A DNA stretch of 64,000 nucleotides from Candidatus Sumerlaeia bacterium (lineage in GTDB: Bacteria > Sumerlaeota > Sumerlaeia > SLMS01 > JANRJK01): contig JANRJK010000008.1 in NCBI GenBank assembly GCA_033764015.1, forward strand, positions 1 through 64,000. The letters run 5' to 3'. The position numbers and the translations under genes were made by a program. The notes beneath the pieces are model-generated. The model was not told the origin of the DNA. It did no database searches and saw only the letters and a list, made by a program, of their open reading frames with translations. Shown piece by piece: positions 1-9,240 of the stretch (position 1 is its first letter; each line of letters begins with the position of its first letter).

Positions 1-308
1 GCGGCTCCGGCCGCGGGCGGCGCCGCGGGGGCGGCCGCTGGCGCGGAGGGGCGCGGCGCCGAGGCGCCCGGCGACAGGGGCTTGCCCTTCAGCGACGCGT
101 CGTAATCGGCCCGCTTCTTGGGGTCCTTCAACGTGTTGTAAGCTTGGCTGATGAGGCCGAGCTGCTCGCTGTTGCGCTTCGCGTCCTCGGGAGTGGCGGC
201 CTTGTCCGGATGCAGGTCGCGCGCGAGGTTGTAGTACGCCCGCTTGACCTCGCGGTCCGGGGAGTCGCGGCTGATCCCGAGCAACTTGTAGTAGTCGTCC
301 TGCGCCAT
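1..308 (-). CDS. J-domain (DnaJ-like) protein, 3'-truncated by window edge
   Basis: Manual translation from ATG at 308: MAQDDYYKLLGISRDSPDREVKRAYYNLARDLHPDK...AYNTLKDPKKRADYD; HPD motif, then Pro/Ala-rich linker. Confidence 0.9.
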   Translation of the reverse strand, partial: MAQDDYYKLLGISRDSPDREVKRAYYNLARDLHPDKAATPEDAKRNSEQLGLISQAYNTLKDPKKRADYDASLKGKPLSPGASAPRPSAPAAAPAAPPAAGA

Positions 309-368
309 GGGGGGAGCGGTCTTCCTGAGGTTCCGAACTACTGCGGGATGAGGGTGGGGCGGTTGCGG

Positions 369-1049
369 CTACTGGTCAACGTCATTTGGTTTTCGCTTCC
401 CGCGCGGGAAAACCGCGTGTTTCAAGGGCCGGTAGACCCGCGCGCGGAGCCAATGGCCCAGCCGCGTGAACCAGGGGCGCGCCTCCCACTCGCGGAGCTC
501 CTCCGGCGCCAAGCCGTCCGAGCACGACTCCCGCTTCAATTGCAGGAACCGCACCCGGTCGACAGCGACCAGAAGGCTCCACGCAAGGGCCGCCGGGCCT
601 GACCTGAGGAGCGATTGCGTGAAGTCGAACAACCCCGGCTCGTCGCGCCCCGCGCCAAGCACCAGGAGGTTCTTCCGCCGGACATCGCCGTGGTTCACCC
701 CGCGCCGGTGCATCTCCGCGAGGGCGGCCCAAAGGCGGTCGAAATAGGCAGGCGGGAGCTTGCCTTCCCGGTGCCTCGTCGGGAACGGCGTTCCCGCGAG
801 CAGCTCCATTTCGATACGCCATGGCATAGGCCGTCCGAAGAGCCCTGGAACACCGGGAATCCCGGCCGCGGCCCGGAGCGCCGCAGCCTCGCGGCCCGCG
901 AGCCACCGCCCCAGCGTGGCTCGCTCCCAGCGGGGGCGCTCCTCCCAGGTCTTCACCAGCACCGGCCCCGTGGGCCGCTCTTCCACCCAGATGGACGGGT
1001 GGCCCACCGTGCGGCCCCGCTTGAGGAGCCGCCTGCCGTCGCCGCTCAC
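369..1049 (-). CDS. Protein-kinase-like fold phosphotransferase (RIO/Kdo/WaaP-like)
   Basis: C-terminal part of ORF 369..3227; VLVK, REAAAL, catalytic loop HGDVRRKNLLV, DF motif; GTG start overlaps glnE stop (GTGA). Confidence 0.75.
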   Translation of the reverse strand: MSGDGRRLLKRGRTVGHPSIWVEERPTGPVLVKTWEERPRWERATLGRWLAGREAAALRAAAGIPGVPGLFGRPMPWRIEMELLAGTPFPTRHREGKLPPAYFDRLWAALAEMHRRGVNHGDVRRKNLLVLGAGRDEPGLFDFTQSLLRSGPAALAWSLLVAVDRVRFLQLKRESCSDGLAPEELREWEARPWFTRLGHWLRARVYRPLKHAVFPRGKRKPNDVDQ

Positions 1050-4000
1050 GTCGCCAGCAGCTCCTCGTGCAGCGCGCGCATCCGCCGCATCCGCGCCATC
1101 ATCGCGGCGGGCGCCGCCTGGCCGGCGTCGAGCTGGCCGGACACCGCCCGCGCGAGCACCTCTTGCGGGGCCGGCTTCTCGGGGTAGTAGTCCTCCGCCG
1201 ATTCGCGCAGCAGCCGCACCATCGACTGGATCGTCCGCAGCAGCGCGGAGTGCGAAAGCAGCGCCGCGGCCTGCTCCGACCCGAGCCGCCCCCGCGCAGC
1301 GAGCTCCGCGACCGTGGCGCCGAAATGCGTCTCCGGCGTGCCCGCGTCGCCGTCCGACAGGCGCAGCCAAGCCAGCGCGAAGTCGATGTCCCACAGTCCG
1401 CCGACCCCGCGCTTGAGATCGAACAGCGCCGTGCGCGGCAACTTCGAGGCGGCTTGGGTCCGCGCGCGCATATCGCGGATCTCCCGCCGCAGCTCCTCCC
1501 GCCCCGGCATCCGAGCGGCCCACTCGCCCCGCCACTCCGCCAGCCGCTCCGCGCCCCACGCCAGGTTCCCCGCCACGGGGCGCGCCTTTAGCAGGGCGAT
1601 GAACTCCCAGGTCCCCGCTTCGCGCGCGTAGTAGCGCCGGACGCGCTCCGCGGAAACAGCCAATGGCCCGGTGGCCCCATCCGGCCGCAGCCGCAGATCC
1701 ACCGGCCAGAGCGCCCCCGGGGACGCCTGCTCGCTGACGATCCGGACCAGCTCCGCCACGAAGGGCACAAAGGCCGACGCGGGGTCGTCCTCGGCGACGA
1801 ACACCAGGTCGAGATCGCCGACCGCTGGCAGTTCGCCCGCGCCGAAGCCCCCCATTCCGAACAGGCACCAGCGCCCCGCGGGGACTTCGGAGGTCTCGCG
1901 CAGCAGGTCCACCACCGAGTCGAGCACCGACTCGGCGAGGCGGGCGCGCTTCTCCGCAACCTCGGCGGTCGTCGAGGTCCCCTCCAGTTCCGCGATCCCC
2001 ATCAGGCATTGCTCGCGCTGGCGCCAAAGGCGCAGGCGGCGCAGCGCGTCCTCGCGGGTGAAGCGGAGCTTCGCCGTCTGCCACTCGCCCGAGACCCGCA
2101 CCGCGCCTTCGTACTCGGGGACGAGGCCGGTGCCCGCCAGCAGGTCGTCCATCCACTCCGGGTGCGCGAGCACCAGCCGCGGAAGCAGCGGTCCCGTCCC
2201 GAGCGCGCGCAGCAGCATCGCGAGCACCTTCGGGTGGTCGGCGAACAGTTCGACGAACATGGAAGCGCCCTTCCACTCGGCGAGGAGCTGCGCCAACGCG
2301 CGGACCCCCGCCGGCGGGTCGGGGATCCGGGGACCCGCGGCGAGCACCGCGGGGATCATCCGCTCGATATGCTTTCCGCCGCGGGCGCTGGGGGCGTAGG
2401 TCGAGGTTCCGCCCACCAGTTCGCGCAGCGCGCGCAGCGCGTCCGGGGAGTCGAGGCCCGCGCGCACGAGCTGGTCGCGCGCGGCGCCGGCCGGCTCCTT
2501 GCCCATCGCGAGGTAGTCCAGCAGGCCCATCGCCTCCGGATCGCCCTCGCCCGAGGCGAAGTAGTGCCGGAAGCGCGCGTGCACGAACGCCCGCTCGCTG
2601 TCCAGCAGCTCCGCGAAGGCGGCCGGATCGGCCCAGCCGCAGCGGAGCGCGAGGTCCGCCAGCTCGGCCAGGTCCACCGGGAGCCGGTGCGTCTGCTCCT
2701 CGTGCATCATCTGGAGCGTGTGCTCGATGCGGCGGAAGAAGAAGTACGCCCGCCGCAGCGGGACCGCGTCCTCCTTCGGAAGCAGCCCCTTCTCCGCGAG
2801 CGCGTCCAGGCTGGCGATCGTGCCGCGGATCCGCAGCGACTGGTCCGTCACGCCGTGCGCGAGCTGGTGCAGCGCGACGATGAACTCGATCTCGCGGATG
2901 CCGCCGGTGCCGCGCTTGATGTCGCGGGTGCGGTCCTCCGGCGACAGCAGCTCGTGGTCGATGCGCCGCTTCAGCGCGGCCACCTCCTGCGCGAGCGCCC
3001 CGCGGCCCTCCGCCCGGAAGACGAACTTGCCGATCACCTCGTCGAAGCGCGCGGAAAGCTCCTCCGGCCCCGCGATGCTCCGCGAACGGAGCCACGCCAC
3101 CTGCTCGAAGGTCCGCCCCTGCCGTTCCAGGTAGGCCGCGAAGGCGGCGAAGCTGATCGCGAGCGGGCCCGCCGCGCCGTCGGGGCGAAGCCGCGTGTCC
3201 ACGCGGTACAGGCGCCGTCCCTCCCACGGCTCGTTGACTGTCTCAACGATCCGCGCGGCCGCGGTCGTGAAGAACTGGTGGTTCGAAATCCTCCGCACCC
3301 GGCGCCCTTCCGCGTCGGCGGCGCCCTCCGTCTCGCCCTCGCAGCCGTAGACGAACACGAGGTCCACGTCGGAGCTGAAGTTCAGCTCCTCCGACCCATG
3401 CTTGCCCATCGCGTACACGCAGAGCGCCGGAGCGAGCCCCTCCGCGCCGGACGGCTCCCCGTGCTTCTCCGAAAGGTCCGCCACCACGCGGTCGTACACC
3501 ACCCGGACGATGGCGTCCGCGAGGTGCGCCAGCTCGCGCAGCAGCACGTCCTCGCGCGCGAACTCGCCAAGGTCCCGGAGCCCGATGCGCAGCAGCTCGC
3601 GCCGCTTGTAGGCCTGCACCGCCGTGCGGAACGCCTTCCAATCCAGCGCGGCGGTCTGCCCCTGGAGTTGCAGCACGTAGTCCTCCGCCGACTTCTCGCG
3701 CCGCAGCGCCGTCGTGCGGAACATCTGCGCCAGCCGCTCGGGCGCCTCGACGATGATGTCGCTCAGGTACTGGCTGAAGGAGAAGAGCGAGAAGACCAAG
3801 TGGCGGTACTCGGTGTTCTCGAGGAAGCCGTGCACGACGATCTTCCGGTCCGGCACCGCCTCCAGGTAGCGGATCAGGTTCCGCAGCCCCATCGCCGGAT
3901 CGGCCACGTAGCGCAGCGTGCGCAACAGCTCCGTTCCGGCGCTCCCCGGGAATCCGGCGACGACCGCCTCGAAGGCCGGAAGGAACGGCAGCGCGCGGGC

Positions 4001-4054
4001 CGCCTCCGCCTCGGGCCAACCAGCCTCGCGCAGTGGCTCCGCGGCGGCGCTCAA
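1046..4054 (-). CDS. glnE: Bifunctional glutamine synthetase adenylyltransferase/adenylyl-removing enzyme
   Basis: 1002 aa; two nucleotidyltransferase modules (GKHGSEELNFSSDVDL, VDTRLRPDG, IKRGTGGIREIEF; DLDL, VDLRLRPDG, DLKRGVGGLWDIDF). Confidence 0.93.
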   Translation of the reverse strand: MSAAAEPLREAGWPEAEAARALPFLPAFEAVVAGFPGSAGTELLRTLRYVADPAMGLRNLIRYLEAVPDRKIVVHGFLENTEYRHLVFSLFSFSQYLSDIIVEAPERLAQMFRTTALRREKSAEDYVLQLQGQTAALDWKAFRTAVQAYKRRELLRIGLRDLGEFAREDVLLRELAHLADAIVRVVYDRVVADLSEKHGEPSGAEGLAPALCVYAMGKHGSEELNFSSDVDLVFVYGCEGETEGAADAEGRRVRRISNHQFFTTAAARIVETVNEPWEGRRLYRVDTRLRPDGAAGPLAISFAAFAAYLERQGRTFEQVAWLRSRSIAGPEELSARFDEVIGKFVFRAEGRGALAQEVAALKRRIDHELLSPEDRTRDIKRGTGGIREIEFIVALHQLAHGVTDQSLRIRGTIASLDALAEKGLLPKEDAVPLRRAYFFFRRIEHTLQMMHEEQTHRLPVDLAELADLALRCGWADPAAFAELLDSERAFVHARFRHYFASGEGDPEAMGLLDYLAMGKEPAGAARDQLVRAGLDSPDALRALRELVGGTSTYAPSARGGKHIERMIPAVLAAGPRIPDPPAGVRALAQLLAEWKGASMFVELFADHPKVLAMLLRALGTGPLLPRLVLAHPEWMDDLLAGTGLVPEYEGAVRVSGEWQTAKLRFTREDALRRLRLWRQREQCLMGIAELEGTSTTAEVAEKRARLAESVLDSVVDLLRETSEVPAGRWCLFGMGGFGAGELPAVGDLDLVFVAEDDPASAFVPFVAELVRIVSEQASPGALWPVDLRLRPDGATGPLAVSAERVRRYYAREAGTWEFIALLKARPVAGNLAWGAERLAEWRGEWAARMPGREELRREIRDMRARTQAASKLPRTALFDLKRGVGGLWDIDFALAWLRLSDGDAGTPETHFGATVAELAARGRLGSEQAAALLSHSALLRTIQSMVRLLRESAEDYYPEKPAPQEVLARAVSGQLDAGQAAPAAMMARMRRMRALHEELLAT

Positions 4055-5877
4055 GACTCGTCCTCCGCGGCGAAGTGGATCGCTCCCGGCATGAGCGGCG
4101 GCGCGGCGAGATGCTCGCCCACGGCCACCCCCGCCCAGCCCGCCCAGATGTCGCCGTCCTCCGGCAGCGCCTCATCGGGGCGTCCGTAGAGGGTGGACTC
4201 GAGGATCACCGTGGCGCGCCCCACCTTGGCCGGACGCGTCGGCAGCGTGAACCAGTGCCAGTGCCGCGAGTCCGGATCGAGCGCCTGCAGCAGCACCTTC
4301 TGGAAGAGCCGGTAGGTCTCGCCGTCCTGCTGGATCTTGATGGAAAAGGAAACGCCCGGCCGGTGCCGCAGTCCCGGCAGGCAGGGTTCGAGCGCGATGC
4401 CGAAGCGCACCAGCGAGCGCGCGCCGAGCGTCGTCTCCCAGGAAATCTGCGACGGTACGCGGAGCGCGATCACCGGGGATCCCGGGTTCAGCCCGCCGAA
4501 TCCGCGCACCTCGACCGCGTGCTCGTGCGGCGAGCGCACGGCGCCGTAGGCGAAGTCGCTCAGCGCGTCCAGCGCCGCGTCGTGGTCCCGCTGGTGCTGC
4601 GCGGCGCGCTGGCGGGCGTCGATCGCGGCTAGCCCCCGTCGCGCGCCTTGCAGCGGCCGCAACAGATCCTGCTGGTCGTACGGCGAGGCGCAGATGAACT
4701 GCGTGGCGATGGTCGGCGCAGGCTCCGTGTCGCGCCACGCGGACACCTGCGGCCATGGGCGGAACACCTCGTAGCCCACCGACGCGACCGGCAGCGAGTC
4801 GGCGAACTTCACCGTGTCCTCCAGCGTCGAGGCGCTCTCGTTCGGGGCGCCGAGGAGGAAGTGGGCGTGCGTCTGCACGTTCGCCTTCGCGAGCAGTTCC
4901 ACCGCCTCCCGCACCGCCGGATTGCCCACGTTGACCGTCGAGAAGCGGGCCCGGAACTTGTCGTTTCCCGACTCGAGGCAGAAGCGCGCGCGCCTCAGCC
5001 CCGCGCCCGCGAGCAGCCGCACATTCGCCTCCGTGAGGTGCTCCGCGGCGCTGTCGATGCGGAAAGGCAGCCCAACCTCCTCCGCCCAGCGGCCCGCGAA
5101 CTCCTCCACCCAGCGCGTCTGCCAGGGGAAGAGCTCGTCCACGAAGTCGATCGCCGGCGGCCGCAGCGCCTCCTTCAGGAAGAGCGCCCGCTGGATCACG
5201 CGGTCCACCGGCAGCGTCTGGTAGAAATCCCCGGTGTCGTGCAGCGGACGCAGGAGCGGCTCCGCGGAGAAGAGCGAACGGAAGGGAAAGCCGCGACTGG
5301 CCTGCAGCGGCGCCGAACCGGTCACCTTCAGCACGTGGCGCGGGCGCAGGTCGGACAGCCGCGGCTCCGGCAGGTCGGCGAACGGGACGAGCCTCGGCGT
5401 GGCGGGGGAGAGCACCCACCCGCGCGCGCCGCGCCACCACAGGCCGGGCACGTCCTCCTGCGCCTCGCCGGAAAGGTGCCACGCGGCAAGACCAAGGAGG
5501 CCTTCGTAGTAGTCGCCCAGCAGGATTCCCTGCGCCATCGAATGGTTCGAGAACTCCTGCGTGCAGAGCGTTCCGAGCGTGCCGCCGACCACCAGCGCCG
5601 ACGCCAGCTCCGGCGCCGAGCGCGCCGCCTCGTCGAAGAGCCCGAGCGCGGCGCCGAGCTGCTCCTTCGGCACCGAGACGAACACCAGCCCCGGCTTGGA
5701 GCGCTTCCAATCCGCAAGGGCGGCGGAGCGCTGGCGGGGGCCCTTGAGCACCCGCACCTCGGCTTCCTGTCCCGCGGCCCGCAGGCCGGCCGCCGCCTGT
5801 GCGAGCTGGAGCCAGTCGCGCCACTGCACCGCGTTGCCGAACTCGACCAGCGCCAATTGGACCGGCGGTGCGTTCAT
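4051..5877 (-). CDS. B12-binding/radical-SAM-like protein with degenerate CxxxCxxC motif and C-terminal beta-sandwich domain
   Basis: N-terminal cobalamin-binding-like region (VVGG), ASRGFPFRSLFS where SRGCPxxCxFC is expected, FVDELF, LESGN, FLLGAPNES. Confidence 0.8.
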   Translation of the reverse strand: MNAPPVQLALVEFGNAVQWRDWLQLAQAAAGLRAAGQEAEVRVLKGPRQRSAALADWKRSKPGLVFVSVPKEQLGAALGLFDEAARSAPELASALVVGGTLGTLCTQEFSNHSMAQGILLGDYYEGLLGLAAWHLSGEAQEDVPGLWWRGARGWVLSPATPRLVPFADLPEPRLSDLRPRHVLKVTGSAPLQASRGFPFRSLFSAEPLLRPLHDTGDFYQTLPVDRVIQRALFLKEALRPPAIDFVDELFPWQTRWVEEFAGRWAEEVGLPFRIDSAAEHLTEANVRLLAGAGLRRARFCLESGNDKFRARFSTVNVGNPAVREAVELLAKANVQTHAHFLLGAPNESASTLEDTVKFADSLPVASVGYEVFRPWPQVSAWRDTEPAPTIATQFICASPYDQQDLLRPLQGARRGLAAIDARQRAAQHQRDHDAALDALSDFAYGAVRSPHEHAVEVRGFGGLNPGSPVIALRVPSQISWETTLGARSLVRFGIALEPCLPGLRHRPGVSFSIKIQQDGETYRLFQKVLLQALDPDSRHWHWFTLPTRPAKVGRATVILESTLYGRPDEALPEDGDIWAGWAGVAVGEHLAAPPLMPGAIHFAAEDES

Positions 5878-5940
5878 GGACCTCGCTCCTGATGTCCCGC
5901 GGCGCGCGCGGGGGGCTTGGGGACTTGCCGTTGCCGAAAA

Positions 5941-6768
5941 CTACGGCGCGGTTGGGCGGTCCGCAAGCGCCCCGTCGCCAGCCTCCGGCGCCGGCGATTC
6001 ACGCCGCAACCGGGCGCAGTAGATCCGCGTCCCCATGATCGCCCCGATGGGGGGCTGGAACACTGGAGCGCAGCAGATCGGCAATCCGATGAGCGTCAGC
6101 ACCGACCCCGCGGGCATGATCGAACGCAGGTTTGCCCGGAGGTATGCCAGCTTCGCGCGGAGCGGAATCCGCCGCCGGTCCATCGGGTACGAGATCGCAT
6201 CGAGGTTCACCATCAGGAACATCGTCGCGACCGTCAGGAGCGGCCCGATGATCCACCCGAGGCACGGGATCACGCCGAGAAGAAGGCCGGTCACCGTGAG
6301 GAAGAGGCCGAAGGCCAGCCGTTGCGCTCCCTCCCATGCGGCATGGCGAATTGCTGCGGCGAACGTCAGGGGTGGCGCCAGGAGGTCGGGCCGGTCCGCC
6401 AGCAGTTCCTTCTCGAGCCGCTCTCCCATGAGGTCGCAGAAGGGGGAGGCGATGGTCGAGGCGAGCGAATAGCCGAGCACGACGGCCGCGATCGTGAGCG
6501 CGATCCGCAGGCCGGGCTCGCCCACGAAGGCGAACGCCTCCTTCCACCACACGCCGCTCGCGCTCCACGAGTCGAAGAGCGCCGGCGTGTCGAAGCTCCA
6601 GGCCCAGTAGCCGATCCCCGCCACCAGCAGGAGGTTGATCGCCAACGGCGCCAGGACCATCCACCAGAGGTCGCTGCGGCCAAGGAGGAACAGGAAAGCC
6701 TCCAGCGGCATCGTCGCCCGCTCGCGTTGCGGAACGGTGTCGGGGCGGGCTTCCGGTTGCGGCGGCAT
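5941..6768 (-). CDS. EI24/CysZ family membrane protein
   Basis: LAPLAIN, IASPFCDLMGERLE, several hydrophobic segments, YPMDRRR. Confidence 0.8.
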   Translation of the reverse strand: MPPQPEARPDTVPQRERATMPLEAFLFLLGRSDLWWMVLAPLAINLLLVAGIGYWAWSFDTPALFDSWSASGVWWKEAFAFVGEPGLRIALTIAAVVLGYSLASTIASPFCDLMGERLEKELLADRPDLLAPPLTFAAAIRHAAWEGAQRLAFGLFLTVTGLLLGVIPCLGWIIGPLLTVATMFLMVNLDAISYPMDRRRIPLRAKLAYLRANLRSIMPAGSVLTLIGLPICCAPVFQPPIGAIMGTRIYCARLRRESPAPEAGDGALADRPTAP

Positions 6769-6847
6769 CGCTCGGTCGGTCCTCCTGTGACACGAGTTTC
6801 AGCCTCGCCTGAAGGCGACGCAAGACTTCACGGAGCGACGCGCGGAC

Positions 6848-8413
6848 ATGGCCGACGGCACGCAGGAACCCCCACCCCCCGACATCGCCATCGAGCCCCC
6901 CGCCTACGCGCTCTCCGCGGCCGCGGAGGAGATCCAGACGCTTCTCCAGGCGCGCTATCCCGTGCTCGCGGTGCTCTCCTGGGAGGAGGAGCGCGTGCTG
7001 TCAAACCTCGAGGTCGTCGCCGGCCGCCTCGGCAAGGCGCTGTACTCCTGGACCGTCAGCCGCGGCCTGATGCGCTACCGCGCGTCGCTGTCGATGCGCG
7101 CCGAGGGGAAGAAGGGCACCAAGGACCCCATCGCGGCGCTCCGCGGAGTCCTCGAAATCACCGAACCGGCGGTCGTCGTGCTCCGCGACTTCGAGCCGTT
7201 CCTCAAGGAGTCCGCCGTGCGGCGCACGCTGCGCGACCTGTCGCTCACGCTCCGCCACACCTACCTCTCCGTGGTCCTCCTCGGCCCTCCCTTCACGATC
7301 CCGAAGGAACTCGAAAAGGACATCACGCTGGTGGACTTCCCGCTGCCCGCCAAGCCGGAGGTCGAGGACCTCCTGCACCGGATCGAACTCGAGGTGAAGG
7401 CGGAGGACGGCTTCCGCATCGCGCAGGAGCCCGCCGAGCGCTCGGCCCTCGTCGAGGCCGCCCTCGGCCTCACGCTCAGCGAGGCGGAGAACGTCTTCGC
7501 CAAGGCGCTCGTCGCCACCGGTCAGCTCACCTCCGCGGAGGTGCCCTACGTCTTCGGCGAGAAGCGCCAGATCATCCGCAAGAGCGGGCTGCTGGAGTAC
7601 GTGGACCTACGCGAGCGCCTCGAGGACATCGGCGGCCTCGACAGCGTGAAGCAGTGGCTGCGCGAGCGGGCCCTCGCCTTCACCCCGCACGCGCGCGACT
7701 TCGGCCTTCCGCCGCCGAAGGGCATCCTCTTCACCGGCGTCCAAGGCTGCGGGAAGTCGCTCTGCGCGAAGGCCGTCGCATCGCTCTACAACATGCCGCT
7801 GCTCCGCCTCGACATGGGGCGCGTCTTCGCCAGTTTCGTCGGCGAGTCGGAGTCGCAGATCCGCCAGGCGCTCCAGCTCGCCACGAGCGTCTCGCCATGC
7901 GTGCTGTGGATCGACGAGATCGACAAGGGGCTCGCGGGACTGAAGGGTAGCGGCGCCTCCGACAGCGGCACCACTCAGCGCGTCTTCGGCACCCTGGTGA
8001 CCTGGATGCAGGAGAACAAGGCTCCGGTCTTCGTCGTCGCCACCGCCAACAACATCCACCACCTGCCGCCGGAGGTGCTCCGCAAGGGGCGCTTCGACGA
8101 AATCTTCTTCGTCGACTTGCCGGACCTTCCCGCGCGCCGCCAGGTGCTCGGCGTCCATCTCCGGCGCCACCGGCGCGACCCGTTCCAGTTCGACCTCGAT
8201 GCGCTGGCGGAGCTCTCCGACGGATTCAGCGGCGCGGAACTCGAGGCCGCCGTAGTGGACGGACTTTTCCGTGCGCTCCACGACGGGCGCGAACTCGAGA
8301 CCGGGGACGTCGCCGCGGCCATCGCCGCGACCTATCCGCTCTCCCGCACCATGAGCGAGGAGATCCGCGGCATCCGTGAATGGGCGAAGGGTCGCGCCCG
8401 ACCCGCCGCCTGA
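6848..8413 (+). CDS. AAA+ ATPase, Ycf46-like
   Basis: Degenerate N-terminal AAA domain ([11 protein letters not shown]), [14 protein letters not shown], Walker A GVQGCGKS, Walker [27 protein letters not shown]. Confidence 0.9.
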   Translation: MADGTQEPPPPDIAIEPPAYALSAAAEEIQTLLQARYPVLAVLSWEEERVLSNLEVVAGRLGKALYSWTVSRGLMRYRASLSMRAEGKKGTKDPIAALRGVLEITEPAVVVLRDFEPFLKESAVRRTLRDLSLTLRHTYLSVVLLGPPFTIPKELEKDITLVDFPLPAKPEVEDLLHRIELEVKAEDGFRIAQEPAERSALVEAALGLTLSEAENVFAKALVATGQLTSAEVPYVFGEKRQIIRKSGLLEYVDLRERLEDIGGLDSVKQWLRERALAFTPHARDFGLPPPKGILFTGVQGCGKSLCAKAVASLYNMPLLRLDMGRVFASFVGESESQIRQALQLATSVSPCVLWIDEIDKGLAGLKGSGASDSGTTQRVFGTLVTWMQENKAPVFVVATANNIHHLPPEVLRKGRFDEIFFVDLPDLPARRQVLGVHLRRHRRDPFQFDLDALAELSDGFSGAELEAAVVDGLFRALHDGRELETGDVAAAIAATYPLSRTMSEEIRGIREWAKGRARPAA

Positions 8414-9237
8414 TGCGCCCGCCCCGCCACTGGAACCGCACCATCGGCGCCGTCAAGCTGCCGGAGGAGGAGTTGCGCTTCGTCTTCTGGGGGCATTCCG
8501 AGGAGGGGCCGGAGGAAGCGCTGCGCCAAGCGGAGGAACTGCTCCGCCACGCGCACCGCCACTTCGAGCACCCCGCGTCCGTCGCTTGGGAGTACGGCTA
8601 CCAGCGGTCGCCGCTCCGCGAGCTGCTCGTCGAGGAACTCTTCGACGACGGCGTGCTCGCGGCCTTCACCACCCGGACGCGCTACGGGGCCCTGGCGCTC
8701 AACACGGACCGGGTGCTGTTCGCCGATGTGGACCTCCCGCCGCCCGGGTGCCTCTACATCGGTCGAAGGGCCAAGTGGGAGGCTCGCGCCGTGGGCCGGG
8801 TTCGCGACCGCCTGGCGAGCCGCCCGGAGACACGCTCGCTGGGGCGGCGCCTCTACCGGACGCCGAACGGCATCCGCATCGCCTTCACGACGCCCGCGCC
8901 CGCGCCGCACCTGCCGGAGGGGCAGGCGCTCCTCGCGGCGTGCGGCGCGGACAAGCTGTACATGCGCCTCTGCCTGCGCCAGCAATGCTCCCGCGCGCGC
9001 CTCACGGCGAAGCCTTGGCGCTGCGGCCTCAAGGAACCGCCGCTCGCCTTCCCGCTCTCCGAGGAGGAGTGGCGACGCTACCGCGACTGGCTCGCCGCCT
9101 ACGACACCGCCGCCGCGAAGCACGCCGCCTGCCGCTTCCTGGAAGCCTCCGGACCGCCCGCGGAGGGCGTCCTGGGCGAGATCATCCGCTACCACGACGA
9201 GGCGTGCGGCGCCTTCGAACCCCGGCCCCTAGCGTAG
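8413..9237 (+). CDS. Hypothetical protein, possible AEP/primase-polymerase-like fold
   Basis: ATG overlaps AAA stop (TGATG); motifs VLFADVD, LYRTPNGIR, GADKLY, RARLTAKPWR; fold call is inference. Confidence 0.6.
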   Translation: MRPPRHWNRTIGAVKLPEEELRFVFWGHSEEGPEEALRQAEELLRHAHRHFEHPASVAWEYGYQRSPLRELLVEELFDDGVLAAFTTRTRYGALALNTDRVLFADVDLPPPGCLYIGRRAKWEARAVGRVRDRLASRPETRSLGRRLYRTPNGIRIAFTTPAPAPHLPEGQALLAACGADKLYMRLCLRQQCSRARLTAKPWRCGLKEPPLAFPLSEEEWRRYRDWLAAYDTAAAKHAACRFLEASGPPAEGVLGEIIRYHDEACGAFEPRPLA

Positions 9238-9240
9238 TCC

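Noticed and set aside
1050..3227. Long Arg/Gly-rich N-terminal part of ORF 369..3227 (apparent kinase fusion)
   Set aside because: Alternative frame inside glnE; the real kinase starts at GTG 1049
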